Under the pieces are notes generated by a model. That model saw only the letters and a program-made list of their open reading frames with translations, did not search any database and was not told the DNA's origin. The translations under genes were made by a program, and so were the position numbers. Of a stretch of DNA of 25,209 nt, positions 1 to 7,787 are shown one piece after another (the first letter of the stretch is position 1; the number at the start of each line of letters is the position of its first letter). This stretch comes from Thermoproteota archaeon (GTDB taxonomy: Archaea > Thermoproteota > EX4484-205 > JAAOZP01): assembly GCA_026414125.1 (NCBI GenBank), contig JAOAJQ010000001.1, positions 3,349 to 28,557 on the forward strand, read 5' to 3'.

Positions 1-1
1 T

Positions 2-598
2 GACAGAGGCTTGCCAGTAACTGTAGAAACATGCAACTCTGGTTGGGGGCTTGGCTTTCAGGACGATCCGGGTATGCCCAGACTAAGACGGCTTTTGCAA
101 ACAGTATCTAATACGGTAATCATAGGTCATGGTCCTGCCTTCTGGGCGGAGATCGGCCCGGTCAAATCAGCAGAGGAAAAAGGCAGCTATCCGAAGGGCC
201 GCATAGTAGAGGAGGGTGCGTTACCAGATCTTTTCCGATGCTTTCCCAATCTTTATGCCGACATTTCTGCTGCCAGCGGTTTCAATGCTCTTTCAAGAGA
301 CTTGGAGTATAGCGTGCGCTTCCTTAATGAATTCCAAGACAGACTTATGTTCGGCACCGATATAATTTCTAGAGATCTCGCCCAAACTGAGAAGGAGCAG
401 CAAAACATTAGGGAAATGCTAGAAGTGTTATTCAAAAAAGGCTATGTAACCCCGGAGGCTTGGAGCAAGATAAGGTGGGGGGAATGCCTCATGCCGCAGC
501 TTGATTACTTGAAAAAGCTTGTTGAAGAGGGATTCATAAGCCGAAAGGTTTTTCGCAAGATAACTTGGGATAACGCGGCAAAATTGTTAAAGCTATAG
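2..598 (+). CDS. Amidohydrolase family protein (amidohydrolase_2-like), 5'-truncated by the window edge
   Basis: The frame is open to the left edge (GAC AGA GGC TTG...). Motifs IIGHGPAFWAEI, LYADISAASG, LMFGTD and the C-terminal KITWDNAAKLL are typical of this TIM-barrel family. Confidence 0.8.
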   Translation, partial: DRGLPVTVETCNSGWGLGFQDDPGMPRLRRLLQTVSNTVIIGHGPAFWAEIGPVKSAEEKGSYPKGRIVEEGALPDLFRCFPNLYADISAASGFNALSRDLEYSVRFLNEFQDRLMFGTDIISRDLAQTEKEQQNIREMLEVLFKKGYVTPEAWSKIRWGECLMPQLDYLKKLVEEGFISRKVFRKITWDNAAKLLKL

Positions 599-674
599 GA
601 TTAACAGAATCCGTTGCACAATGATCTTACAATGGATGTTTAACGCGTGGTTCTGGCACCGTTAAAGCTATAGG
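586..674 (+). repeat. 14-nt direct repeat GTTAAAGCTATAGG (586-599 and 661-674)
   Basis: Exact copies read directly. The first contains the amidohydrolase stop codon, and 61 nt separate the copies. Confidence 0.7.
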
Positions 675-770
675 GTGTTAGTCTTGAGATCCATGCTTGT
701 TCGAATCTAGTAACATTGGTCAAGTATCTCAGTGCAACAGTAAGAATAGGATGATACTGGTTGCTTAATG

Positions 771-781
771 AAAGATTTAAG
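771..781 (+). promoter_or_regulatory. Putative BRE/TATA promoter of tfe
   Basis: AAAGA-TTTAAG lies about 33-43 nt upstream of the TTG start at 814. Confidence 0.45.
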
Positions 782-813
782 GACGAGTCCTTCTATTCTA
801 GAAAGAGAGAGAA

Positions 814-1341
814 TTGAGCGAGGAGAGGCTTGACGCTATAGGCCATCTCTACACGCAGATCGTAGGCCTCATAGGGGGAGACGAGGCTATAGAGGTGGCT
901 GAAGCATTGATACAGCTTAAGAAGGCGAGTGAGGAGCAAATATCCTCTAAAACCGGTTTGAGAGTGGGCGACGTTAGGAAAATACTTTTCAAGCTTTACG
1001 AGAAGGCTCTGATAACCTACGAGGAGCTAAAGAAGGAGGAGGGGGATAAGATAAAAAGCATATTCCTATGGATGCCACTCATAGACCAGGTTGAAGGAAT
1101 AGCGGCAAACTACAGGAGGATGATTCTTCAGAAGCTCAGGGAGAAGCTCGCGTTCGTTGAGGCTAATGAGCTCTACCACTGCGGGAAGGAGGGGCATAAA
1201 ATACTCGTTTTCGACGAGGCTGTTGAAAACCTTTTCAAATGCCCAGTTTGCGGCGAACCCCTGTTCCGAATGGATAAGGAGGAATACTTGAGGAAGCTGA
1301 ACACATTAATAAAAACTATTGAAAATGAGGAGAAAGAGTAG
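814..1341 (+). CDS. tfe: Transcription factor E (alpha subunit)
   Basis: N-terminal winged helix (EQISSKTGLRVGDVRKILFKLYE), zinc ribbon (YHC...H...FKCPVCGEPL), 175 aa, and next to a TIGR00295-like HD gene as in many archaea. Confidence 0.95.
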   Translation: MSEERLDAIGHLYTQIVGLIGGDEAIEVAEALIQLKKASEEQISSKTGLRVGDVRKILFKLYEKALITYEELKKEEGDKIKSIFLWMPLIDQVEGIAANYRRMILQKLREKLAFVEANELYHCGKEGHKILVFDEAVENLFKCPVCGEPLFRMDKEEYLRKLNTLIKTIENEEKE

Positions 1342-1891
1342 AATACCGAGCGAGGAGAAATGCGTTAAGATTCTCCTAGAGGAGGGGGTTAACAGCAACG
1401 TTCTCAGACATGTCTTGAAAGTCAGCGAGGTCGCTAAAGAATTGACAAACAGTGTTGAGTCGAAAGGATACCGCGTGGATAAGAAGCTGGTTGCTGCAGG
1501 AGCGCTTCTCCACGATATTGGAAGAGCAATTACTCATGATGTTTCACATGGAGTAATAGGTGGCCAAATAGTTAGGAGGAGGAAACTAGACGAGAGGCTT
1601 GCGAAAATAGTTGAGAGACATGTGGGAGCAGGAATATCTGAAGAGGAGGCTTTGAGACTGAAACTAGGCTCCACAAGCCTGATCCCGGAGACCATTGAGG
1701 AGAAAATAGTCTGCTACGCCGACAAGCTCGTAGACGGCGATAAGAAGGTAGAGTTCACGGAAACACTGAAATACTTTAAGGAGAAACTGGGTGCAGACCA
1801 CCCGGCGATAAGAAGGCTTGAAGAGCTAGACGCCTTTTTCCAAGAAATCCTCCGAAAAGACAACAAGGACAAAAAACCCAAGCATTGCTGA
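1325..1891 (+). CDS. HD-domain phosphohydrolase (TIGR00295-like)
   Basis: HVLKV...GALLHDIGR...HGVIG...ERHVGAGI...EEKIVCYADKL. The ATG at 1325 overlaps the end of tfe and is preferred over the TTG at 1319. Confidence 0.9.
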   Translation: MRRKSRIPSEEKCVKILLEEGVNSNVLRHVLKVSEVAKELTNSVESKGYRVDKKLVAAGALLHDIGRAITHDVSHGVIGGQIVRRRKLDERLAKIVERHVGAGISEEEALRLKLGSTSLIPETIEEKIVCYADKLVDGDKKVEFTETLKYFKEKLGADHPAIRRLEELDAFFQEILRKDNKDKKPKHC

Positions 1892-1932
1892 AACCCTTGG
1901 GGAAACCTGGTTAGCGGTTAAACAATTGCTTA

Positions 1933-1949
1933 AAGGAAATATTTTTATT
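1933..1949 (+). promoter_or_regulatory. BRE/TATA promoter of tRNA-Lys
   Basis: AAGGAAATA-TTTTTATT ends about 24 nt before the mature 5' end at 1973. Confidence 0.6.
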
Positions 1950-1972
1950 CACCCCAAAATACTGAGCAGTCG

Positions 1973-2066
1973 GGACCCGTAGCTCAACCTGGTTAGAGCG
2001 CTGGGCTTTTAACCCAGAGCCGCGCGCGGCGGGTAAATGTTGCGGGTTCAATTCCCGCCGGGTCCG
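1973..2066 (+). tRNA. tRNA-Lys(TTT) with a 19-nt intron at non-canonical position 43/44 (2018-2036)
   Basis: Acceptor GGACCCG/CGGGTCC, D stem GCTC/GAGC, anticodon arm CTGGG-CTTTTAA-CCCAG, T arm GCGGG-TTCAATT-CCCGC. BHB: helix ACCC/GGGT, bulges AG^A and AA^A, inner hairpin GCCG/CGGC. Removal leaves variable loop ATGTT and a 75-nt tRNA. Confidence 0.95.
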
Positions 2067-2080
2067 TTACTTTTAATGTT

Positions 2081-2094
2081 CAGAAAAATTTAAT
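2081..2094 (+). promoter_or_regulatory. BRE/TATA promoter of tRNA-Ile
   Basis: GAAAAA-TTTAATAG ends about 25 nt before 2120, suggesting transcription separate from tRNA-Lys. Confidence 0.55.
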
Positions 2095-2119
2095 AGCTGG
2101 CTTAGAATGAGGAAGACAG

Positions 2120-2221
2120 GGGCCAGTGGCCCAGCCTGGTTAAGGCGCCCGGCTGATAATAGATAAATATAAATTAATATCTGAAACCGGGAGATCGCCG
2201 GTTCGAATCCGGCCTGGCCCA
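2120..2221 (+). tRNA. tRNA-Ile(GAT) with a 27-nt AT-rich canonical intron at 37/38 (2159-2185)
   Basis: Acceptor GGGCCAG/CTGGCCC, anticodon stem CCCGG/CCGGG, loop CT-GAT-A^A, T arm GCCGG-TTCGAAT-CCGGC. C32 pairs with intron G(-3). The mature tRNA is 75 nt. Confidence 0.95.
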
Positions 2222-2404
2222 CTTTCCCACACATATTCTTTTGGTGTCGTTTTCGCTACCGAGCCATGATTGGGCTTTGCCCTCATCATCTCTCTATTTA
2301 TCTCTAACAAAAACCTACTTTTCAGTGAATTAGAACCATTCGAACAATAGGCTATAGACTAAACAAGTCCTAGTATTTACGTCTTTTACGCTTGACGTCA
2401 AATA

Positions 2405-2450
2405 GAAAAACTTATATAAATACGCCTCCTCTGAAAATGAAAGAGGGAGG
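2405..2450 (+). promoter_or_regulatory. BRE/TATA (GAAAAAC-TTATATAAA) and Shine-Dalgarno GGAGG (2446-2450) for the glycoside hydrolase gene
   Basis: Strong TATA at 2412-2420, and GGAGG 7 nt before the TTG at 2458. Confidence 0.7.
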
Positions 2451-2457
2451 TTTATTA

Positions 2458-4452
2458 TTGGATAAGGTTGAGTTAAGGTTTCGCCAAGTTCATCTCGATT
2501 TCCACACGAGTGAGCATATCGTTAATGTGGGGACGGATTTTGATCCAGAAGAATTTGCCTCGATGCTTGAAAAAGCACATGTTGATTCAGTAACCTGCTT
2601 TGCCCGATGTCATCACGGCTGGATATACTTTAACACGAAGCTTTTCCCCGAGAGGCGCCATCCACATCTGGCTAGGGACCTTTTGAAAGAACAGATTGAA
2701 TCTTGCCATGAGAGAAATATTAGGGTGCCAATATACACTACGGTTCAATGGGATCATTATACTGCAAATGAGCATCCTGAATGGCTAGTTTTAGATGAGC
2801 ATGGGTGCCCAACTGGCACAGGATTATATGAACCTGGCTTTTATCGGAATCTATGCGTAAATTCACCATATAGAGATTTCCTTAAAGTACATGTCAAGGA
2901 AATATTGCAGACTTTTCCTGTAGACGGTTTATTCCTAGATATTGTCCGACCCTTAGACTGCTCATGTAGATATTGCAGGACTGGAATGGAGGCCGAAGGC
3001 TTAGAATCTTCAAATCTACAAGCAAGATGGAAATACGCCGTGAAAACCATAAATGCCTTTAAAATTGAAATGACTGATTTTATTCGTCAATTTAATGAAG
3101 ATTGCACTATCTTCTATAATTCTGGGCATGTCGGTCCGATGCAGAGAAGCACGGTTAGCGCTTATACCCATTTCGAGATTGAATCGCTTCCTAGCGGGGG
3201 ATGGGGGTATATGCATTTTCCAGTAGCTGTAAGGTATGCTCGTAATCTTGGTGTTGACTGTTTGGGAATGACGGGTAAGTTCCATACTTCGTGGGGTGAC
3301 TTTCATTCGTTCAAGAACAAGCGGGCTCTAGAATTTGAATGCTTCAGAATGCTAGCTTTAGCTGCAAAATGTTCCATAGGTGACCAGTTGCATCCATCTG
3401 GGAGGATCTGCCAAGCTACTTACAAGCTTATTGGAGAGGTCTATTCTCAAATCAAGAAGAAGGAGCCTTGGTGTAAAAGCACGAGGCCTTTAAGCGAAAT
3501 AGGTGTCTTAACCCCTGAAGAATTTATGGAAAGCTCTAGCTTCGGCCAATTACCTCCGGCTATAATAGGTGCCGCACGGATGCTCCAAGAAGGTTTCCAT
3601 CAGTTTGAAATAATTGATTCCGCTTCAGACCTTTCTAGATTTAAAGTCCTAATACTGCCAGATAATATTCCAGTCTCCCCAGACTTAGCCCGTAAATTGG
3701 GAAAGTTTATAGCTGACGGCGGTTCAGTCATCGCCTCCTACGAGTCAGGCTTAAGTAATGATAAAACCGATTTCGCTTTTAAAGAGCTAGGAGTCAAATT
3801 GAAGGGTCACGCTCCCTATAGCACAGACTATATTGTTCCTAAGGAAGAAATTGGAAAAGGATTGCCAGAAACTGAGCATGTAATGTACACGAGAGGATTA
3901 GAAGTAGAACCTGAACAAGGTAGCCAGGTTCTAGCTTATGTTGTTGCACCCTACTTTGACAGAACGTACAAACATTTCTGCTCGCATCGTCAAACACCAT
4001 CTTCCGGAAAATTAAGTTATCCGGGCATAATCCGAAACGGACGGACGATTTATTTCGTTCACCCCATTTTCTCACAGTATCACAAAAATGCGCCATCATG
4101 GTATAAAAAACTATTTCTAAACGCTCTAGATATACTGCTTCCGGAACCTTTGGTTAGTGTAGAAGCTCCCTCAACAACTCTAGTAACTTTAAACGAGCAG
4201 AAGTTTGAGAACCGCTGGATACTCCATTTACTGCATTACATACCTGAACGTAGAGGCCAAGATTTTGACACAATTGAGGACCTAATTCCTCTGTTTAGTC
4301 TTAAGATTTCACTGAGAGTTTCTAACAAGGTTAGAGAAGTGCTACGTGTCCCAGAGGAAGATCCATTAGATTTCGAAGTAAAGAATAACCGTATTGAATT
4401 CACGCTGCCAAAGCTAGAGGGGCATCAAATGGTTGCCTTAAACTTTACATGA
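2458..4452 (+). CDS. Putative glycoside hydrolase (GHL6-like TIM barrel plus beta-galactosidase trimerization-type domain), cytoplasmic
   Basis: FRQVHLDFHTS, AHVDSVTCFARCHHGW, VDGLFLDI, EIESLPSGGWGY, MTGKFHTSWGDF, FKVLILPD. The start is moved from 2392 to TTG 2458 because the upstream extension contains the TATA box and SD. No signal peptide. Confidence 0.8.
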   Translation: MDKVELRFRQVHLDFHTSEHIVNVGTDFDPEEFASMLEKAHVDSVTCFARCHHGWIYFNTKLFPERRHPHLARDLLKEQIESCHERNIRVPIYTTVQWDHYTANEHPEWLVLDEHGCPTGTGLYEPGFYRNLCVNSPYRDFLKVHVKEILQTFPVDGLFLDIVRPLDCSCRYCRTGMEAEGLESSNLQARWKYAVKTINAFKIEMTDFIRQFNEDCTIFYNSGHVGPMQRSTVSAYTHFEIESLPSGGWGYMHFPVAVRYARNLGVDCLGMTGKFHTSWGDFHSFKNKRALEFECFRMLALAAKCSIGDQLHPSGRICQATYKLIGEVYSQIKKKEPWCKSTRPLSEIGVLTPEEFMESSSFGQLPPAIIGAARMLQEGFHQFEIIDSASDLSRFKVLILPDNIPVSPDLARKLGKFIADGGSVIASYESGLSNDKTDFAFKELGVKLKGHAPYSTDYIVPKEEIGKGLPETEHVMYTRGLEVEPEQGSQVLAYVVAPYFDRTYKHFCSHRQTPSSGKLSYPGIIRNGRTIYFVHPIFSQYHKNAPSWYKKLFLNALDILLPEPLVSVEAPSTTLVTLNEQKFENRWILHLLHYIPERRGQDFDTIEDLIPLFSLKISLRVSNKVREVLRVPEEDPLDFEVKNNRIEFTLPKLEGHQMVALNFT

Positions 4453-4528
4453 AGCCGAAACAAACCTTAAGGAATAAGTAGCTGCCTCTTAAGAGAGAAA
4501 GCGTCAGTAGCTTGGGCTCGTGAAAAGC

Positions 4529-4843
4529 GGGCGGCAGCCCCATGGGGGTCGAGCCCCTCCGACGCAGCTGGCGTGCAACAGGTTTACCCTCCAGCCGTCT
4601 CTTACCAACGCAGGTAGCTTGCCTTACCGCTGCTCCCTCCCGGGCCTAGCGGGTTCGGCAATTAGGCAGACGCGCCCACCCTACGGCGGGCGAGCCTGCT
4701 ACTCCCGCCCAGTAAGGATGGCTTTCACAGACCTGCTGCAGCCGGCTGCGTTGAGGCAGCCCTGTCCCCAGGTTATCGGCTCCCCGCGTGTCGCCAGTTT
4801 CGGGTTCAGGGAATGGCGAGCTCCCCGAGCCTACCTGCCGCCC
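4529..4843 (-). ncRNA. Archaeal signal recognition particle RNA (7S RNA), about 315 nt
   Basis: On the minus strand: helix 1 GGGCGGCAG/CTGCCGCCC, Alu-domain sequence TCCCTGAACCCGAAACTGGCGACACGCGGGGAGCCGA, helix 6 with GTAG (GNAR) loop, and helix 8 CTAGGCCCG-GGA-GGGAGCAGC. A T-run follows the 3' end and a TATA-like TATTTATG lies about 25 nt upstream. Confidence 0.95.
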
Positions 4844-4965
4844 AGGGAAAGATTGGGGGAGGCATCATAAATACGTTTCCATCGGCTTTAGCATCCTGTT
4901 AAACGATAAGCCTAGGGTTTAAATGGATACTTTAATAAGCACCTTCTCGCCCCAGCCTCAGAGCG

Positions 4966-6018
4966 ATGAAAAGGGAGTCTAAGGCTCGGAAGAACATAGT
5001 TGGCCTAGCTCTTGAAATACTTAAGCAGGTTGAGAACAGGCAGCCTCCCTCACTCGAGCTACCTCTTAGGACTGTTGACAACATTATCTTCGACGATAAG
5101 AAGGGCCATTATGTTCTTGGGCCTAAGAAGGCGGTTCGCACCTCGCGCAACGTGAAACACTTGAAGCCTTTAACCCAGCTCATATGGATTGCAAGCCTAG
5201 CGAGGAAGCTTATCGACGAGGATAAGACCAGTACGTTAAGAGATGTTTTCTACATGGCTGAGGGCGTGGACCTTGGCTTCGAGGATCAGAGCGAGTCAGA
5301 CAGGATAATAACCGAGCTTGAATCCGTAGTGGGCTCGCCCAGGGAGGATTTCAACATTTACCCTGAGGAGAGGAGCGCCATATTCGCAGACCTAACCATC
5401 GAGTATACTGTTAAAGGCTACGAGGGTAAGAAGATTAATCTGACTTCACACCCTGACGGGTTGATGATAGGCCCAGCACTAGCCACAGCCAGGTTCGTGA
5501 AAACCCCGGCTGACAAGGTTCTCTGCATCGAGAAAGGCGCCATGTTCACAAGGTTCGTCGAGGAGAAGGCTTGGAAAAAGTATAACGCTATTCTCATCCA
5601 TACTGCTGGGCAGGCTCCCCGGGCTACTCGACGCCTCATAAGGAGGCTTAACGTGGAGCTAGACCTGCCCGTGTACATTTTCACCGACGCGGATCCATGG
5701 GGGCTGCATATTGCGCAGGTAATAATCTCAGGTTCTGCCAATGCTGCGCACGTGCCTGAGCTGGCTACGCCGAAGGCAAGGTGGATGGGTGTCTACGCTT
5801 CAGACATAGAGGAGTATAAGCTTCCAAGCACCAAGCTTCTAGACGTGGACATCAAAAGGCTGAACGAGCTTAAGAAGGATAAGAGGTACGCTAAGGACCC
5901 GTGGAAGAGGGAGATAGACAGGTTCTTCGAGATAAAGAAGAAAGCTGAGCAAGAGGCGTTCAGCAAGTACGGTTTATCATTCATGGTCGACGTGTACCTT
6001 AAGAAAAGACTAGCGTAA
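4966..6018 (+). CDS. top6A: DNA topoisomerase VI subunit A
   Basis: STLRDVFY (catalytic Tyr), Toprim LCIEK and FTDADPWG, IIISGSANAAH, KKAEQEAF. Confidence 0.95.
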   Translation: MKRESKARKNIVGLALEILKQVENRQPPSLELPLRTVDNIIFDDKKGHYVLGPKKAVRTSRNVKHLKPLTQLIWIASLARKLIDEDKTSTLRDVFYMAEGVDLGFEDQSESDRIITELESVVGSPREDFNIYPEERSAIFADLTIEYTVKGYEGKKINLTSHPDGLMIGPALATARFVKTPADKVLCIEKGAMFTRFVEEKAWKKYNAILIHTAGQAPRATRRLIRRLNVELDLPVYIFTDADPWGLHIAQVIISGSANAAHVPELATPKARWMGVYASDIEEYKLPSTKLLDVDIKRLNELKKDKRYAKDPWKREIDRFFEIKKKAEQEAFSKYGLSFMVDVYLKKRLA

Positions 6019-6097
6019 AACAAGGCACTAACGTCCAAAATTTGAGAGAAGACTCCGGGGAAAGATTTATCTTAAAGATTTAAAGCGTAGAGGCGAT

Positions 6098-6283
6098 TTG
6101 AAAGCAAACATCGTTGCGGCGAAACTGTTCGCAGCCCTCTTAACCGGTTGTGGAGCTGTACTGCTATACTATACTATTAACACGGGGGAAGCCCTAGGCA
6201 TAACTTACCCGTTTTTCCTCTTCACAAGCATAGTAGTAACGCTTCTGGGCGTTATCGGACTTATTTTCAGGCTTAGAGAATAG
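6098..6283 (+). CDS. Small two-TM membrane protein of unknown function
   Basis: 61 aa with two hydrophobic segments. AAAGATTTA promoter-like motifs at 6061 and 6074 fit a leaderless TTG start. Confidence 0.65.
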   Translation: MKANIVAAKLFAALLTGCGAVLLYYTINTGEALGITYPFFLFTSIVVTLLGVIGLIFRLRE

Positions 6284-6297
6284 AAAAATATTTTAAG
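6283..6297 (+). promoter_or_regulatory. BRE/TATA promoter of tRNA-Asn
   Basis: GAAAAATA-TTTTAAG ends about 25 nt before 6322. Confidence 0.6.
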
Positions 6298-6321
6298 CCC
6301 AGACGTTTAACGTTAAGCCGC

Positions 6322-6427
6322 GCCGGCGTAGCTCAGCAGGTAGTTTAAACGACCCACAGCAGCGGACTCGGAAAAGAGGCTGAGGCTGTTAACCCGTTGG
6401 TCGGAAGTTCGAGTCTTCCCGCCGGCG
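6322..6427 (+). tRNA. tRNA-Asn(GTT) with two non-canonical introns: 22/23 (6344-6357, 14 nt) and 30/31 (6366-6384, 19 nt)
   Basis: Acceptor GCCGGCG/CGCCGGC, loop CTGTTAA, T arm GGAAG-TTCGAGT-CTTCC. Removing both introns restores D stem GCTC/GAGC and anticodon stem GCGGG/CCCGT (73 nt). The 30/31 BHB is strict (CAGC/GCTG, CTC/GAG); the 22/23 BHB is relaxed (AGGT/ACCC). Confidence 0.9.
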
Positions 6428-6544
6428 CTTTCCGCGGGAAGAAACTATTGAAGTACAAGGCTTATATTCATCCTTGATTTCACCGGTTTGAAAAATGGCT
6501 TATGATTCTTCATCGTCACCAAGGTGTGGAGGAAGAAGAGTTTT

Positions 6545-7594
6545 ATGATTAGGGTAGATTATGATAAGAAGGTTTTAGAGATTAGGCCGTTCTCAGGCGA
6601 GGAATTGTGGAAGGCTTACCATCTTATTGACGAGGGTGATCTGGCTTCTGCGGAAACCGTGCGAGTACTGAAGATTGATGAAGGCGAGAAGAGCAGGCGT
6701 AAAGCTCTTCTGAAAATAATGGTTGAAAAGGTTGAGTTCGAAGTCTTGGCTGAAACCATTCAGCTTAGAGGCAGGGTTTTAGAATGCCCGGAGGACATGG
6801 AGGGCGTCCTCGGCCACTACCATACTCTGACCATAGGCGTAGGGGACAGGGTTGTGGTTGAGAAGCAGGAGATTTCCCCCGTTCACAGGAAGATTCTAAG
6901 CCAGGATGTGAACACGAAGAAGTATATCGTCGTGGCGGTTGAGCTTGGAACCGCTACACTGGCTGTTGTGAAGGACTACGGTGTTGTTGAGAGCCTCGAG
7001 GTTGAGCAGGATATTCCTGGGAAAAACTTTCCTGAGGAGCGTGAAGCCCTGGCCGTAAGGTTTTTCCACGAGGTGTCGAAGACTCTTAGAAGCGTCTGGG
7101 TTAAGGAGGGTAAGCCGAAGATAATCCTAGTAGGCCCCAGCGTCACGCGCGAAGCCTTTTTGAAATTCATGGAGGAAAAATATAGGGATCTTCAAGCCTC
7201 TGTAGCCGGGTGCTTCCACTCTTCCGGGGGAACAATATCGGCGGTAAACGAGTTTCTAAGGAGCAACGAGATGAAGGTTGTGGCAAGGGAGTTGAAGATT
7301 GTCGACGAGATAACGGCTATAGAAAGCTTCTTTGAAAGCCTGGTTGAGGAGAAGGCTGTCTACGGTTTGGAGGAAACCTGGAAGGCTGTTGAAAAAGGGG
7401 CGGTAAGCCAGCTGATAATACACGTTAAGCAGGCCTCCAAGTCAGGCTCCCTGAGGGAGAGGGTGATGGAGATGATAAGGCTCGTTGAACAGTACGGTGG
7501 GGAAGTAACAATAGTTAGCGGCAGACACGAGTCGGCGGAGAAACTCAGGAGGATCGGCGGCATAGGGGGAATTTTAAGATACAGGCTCTATTAA
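6545..7594 (+). CDS. pelA: Pelota/Dom34 ribosome rescue (mRNA surveillance) protein
   Basis: LWKAYHLIDEGD, LRGRV...GHYHTL, IPGK in place of eRF1 GGQ, AVYGLEET, HESAEKLRRIGGIGGILRY. ATG 6545 is preferred over GTG 6524. Confidence 0.92.
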   Translation: MIRVDYDKKVLEIRPFSGEELWKAYHLIDEGDLASAETVRVLKIDEGEKSRRKALLKIMVEKVEFEVLAETIQLRGRVLECPEDMEGVLGHYHTLTIGVGDRVVVEKQEISPVHRKILSQDVNTKKYIVVAVELGTATLAVVKDYGVVESLEVEQDIPGKNFPEEREALAVRFFHEVSKTLRSVWVKEGKPKIILVGPSVTREAFLKFMEEKYRDLQASVAGCFHSSGGTISAVNEFLRSNEMKVVARELKIVDEITAIESFFESLVEEKAVYGLEETWKAVEKGAVSQLIIHVKQASKSGSLRERVMEMIRLVEQYGGEVTIVSGRHESAEKLRRIGGIGGILRYRLY

Positions 7595-7787
7595 GTTAAC
7601 AATAGTATTCGCGGTTTAAACTATTAAACCCGGTGTAAAGACTTAAAAACCGTGCAGCATTTTCTTATCAGAATACTCGGCTTTGCGGGGGGTGGGTGAT
7701 GGAGAAGGATTCTACTATTCGCTACACCGAGTTTGAAAAACGGATGATAAGAGGATCTAGAAACCTGTATAAGGGGAGCCCCGTAGC

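Noticed and set aside
699-707. GTTCGAATC, a T-loop-like motif
   Set aside because: There is no flanking T stem or acceptor strand, so it is probably a chance match.
2283-2289. Perfect C box (ATGATGA) on the minus strand, suggesting a C/D sRNA
   Set aside because: No CTGA D box lies at a suitable distance downstream on that strand.
2392-2457. N-terminal extension of the glycoside hydrolase in the ORF track
   Set aside because: It contains the gene's own TATA box and SD, so the real start is more likely TTG 2458.
4529-4843. RNase P RNA as the identity of the structured GC-rich region
   Set aside because: The RNase P P4 signatures (GAGGAAAGUCC, AACAGAA..CGGCUUA) are absent, while SRP helices 6 and 8 and the Alu domain are clear.
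4520-4870. 116-aa plus-strand ORF
   Set aside because: It is the antisense shadow of the GC-rich SRP RNA, with a low-complexity Pro/Arg/Gly composition and no recognisable motifs.
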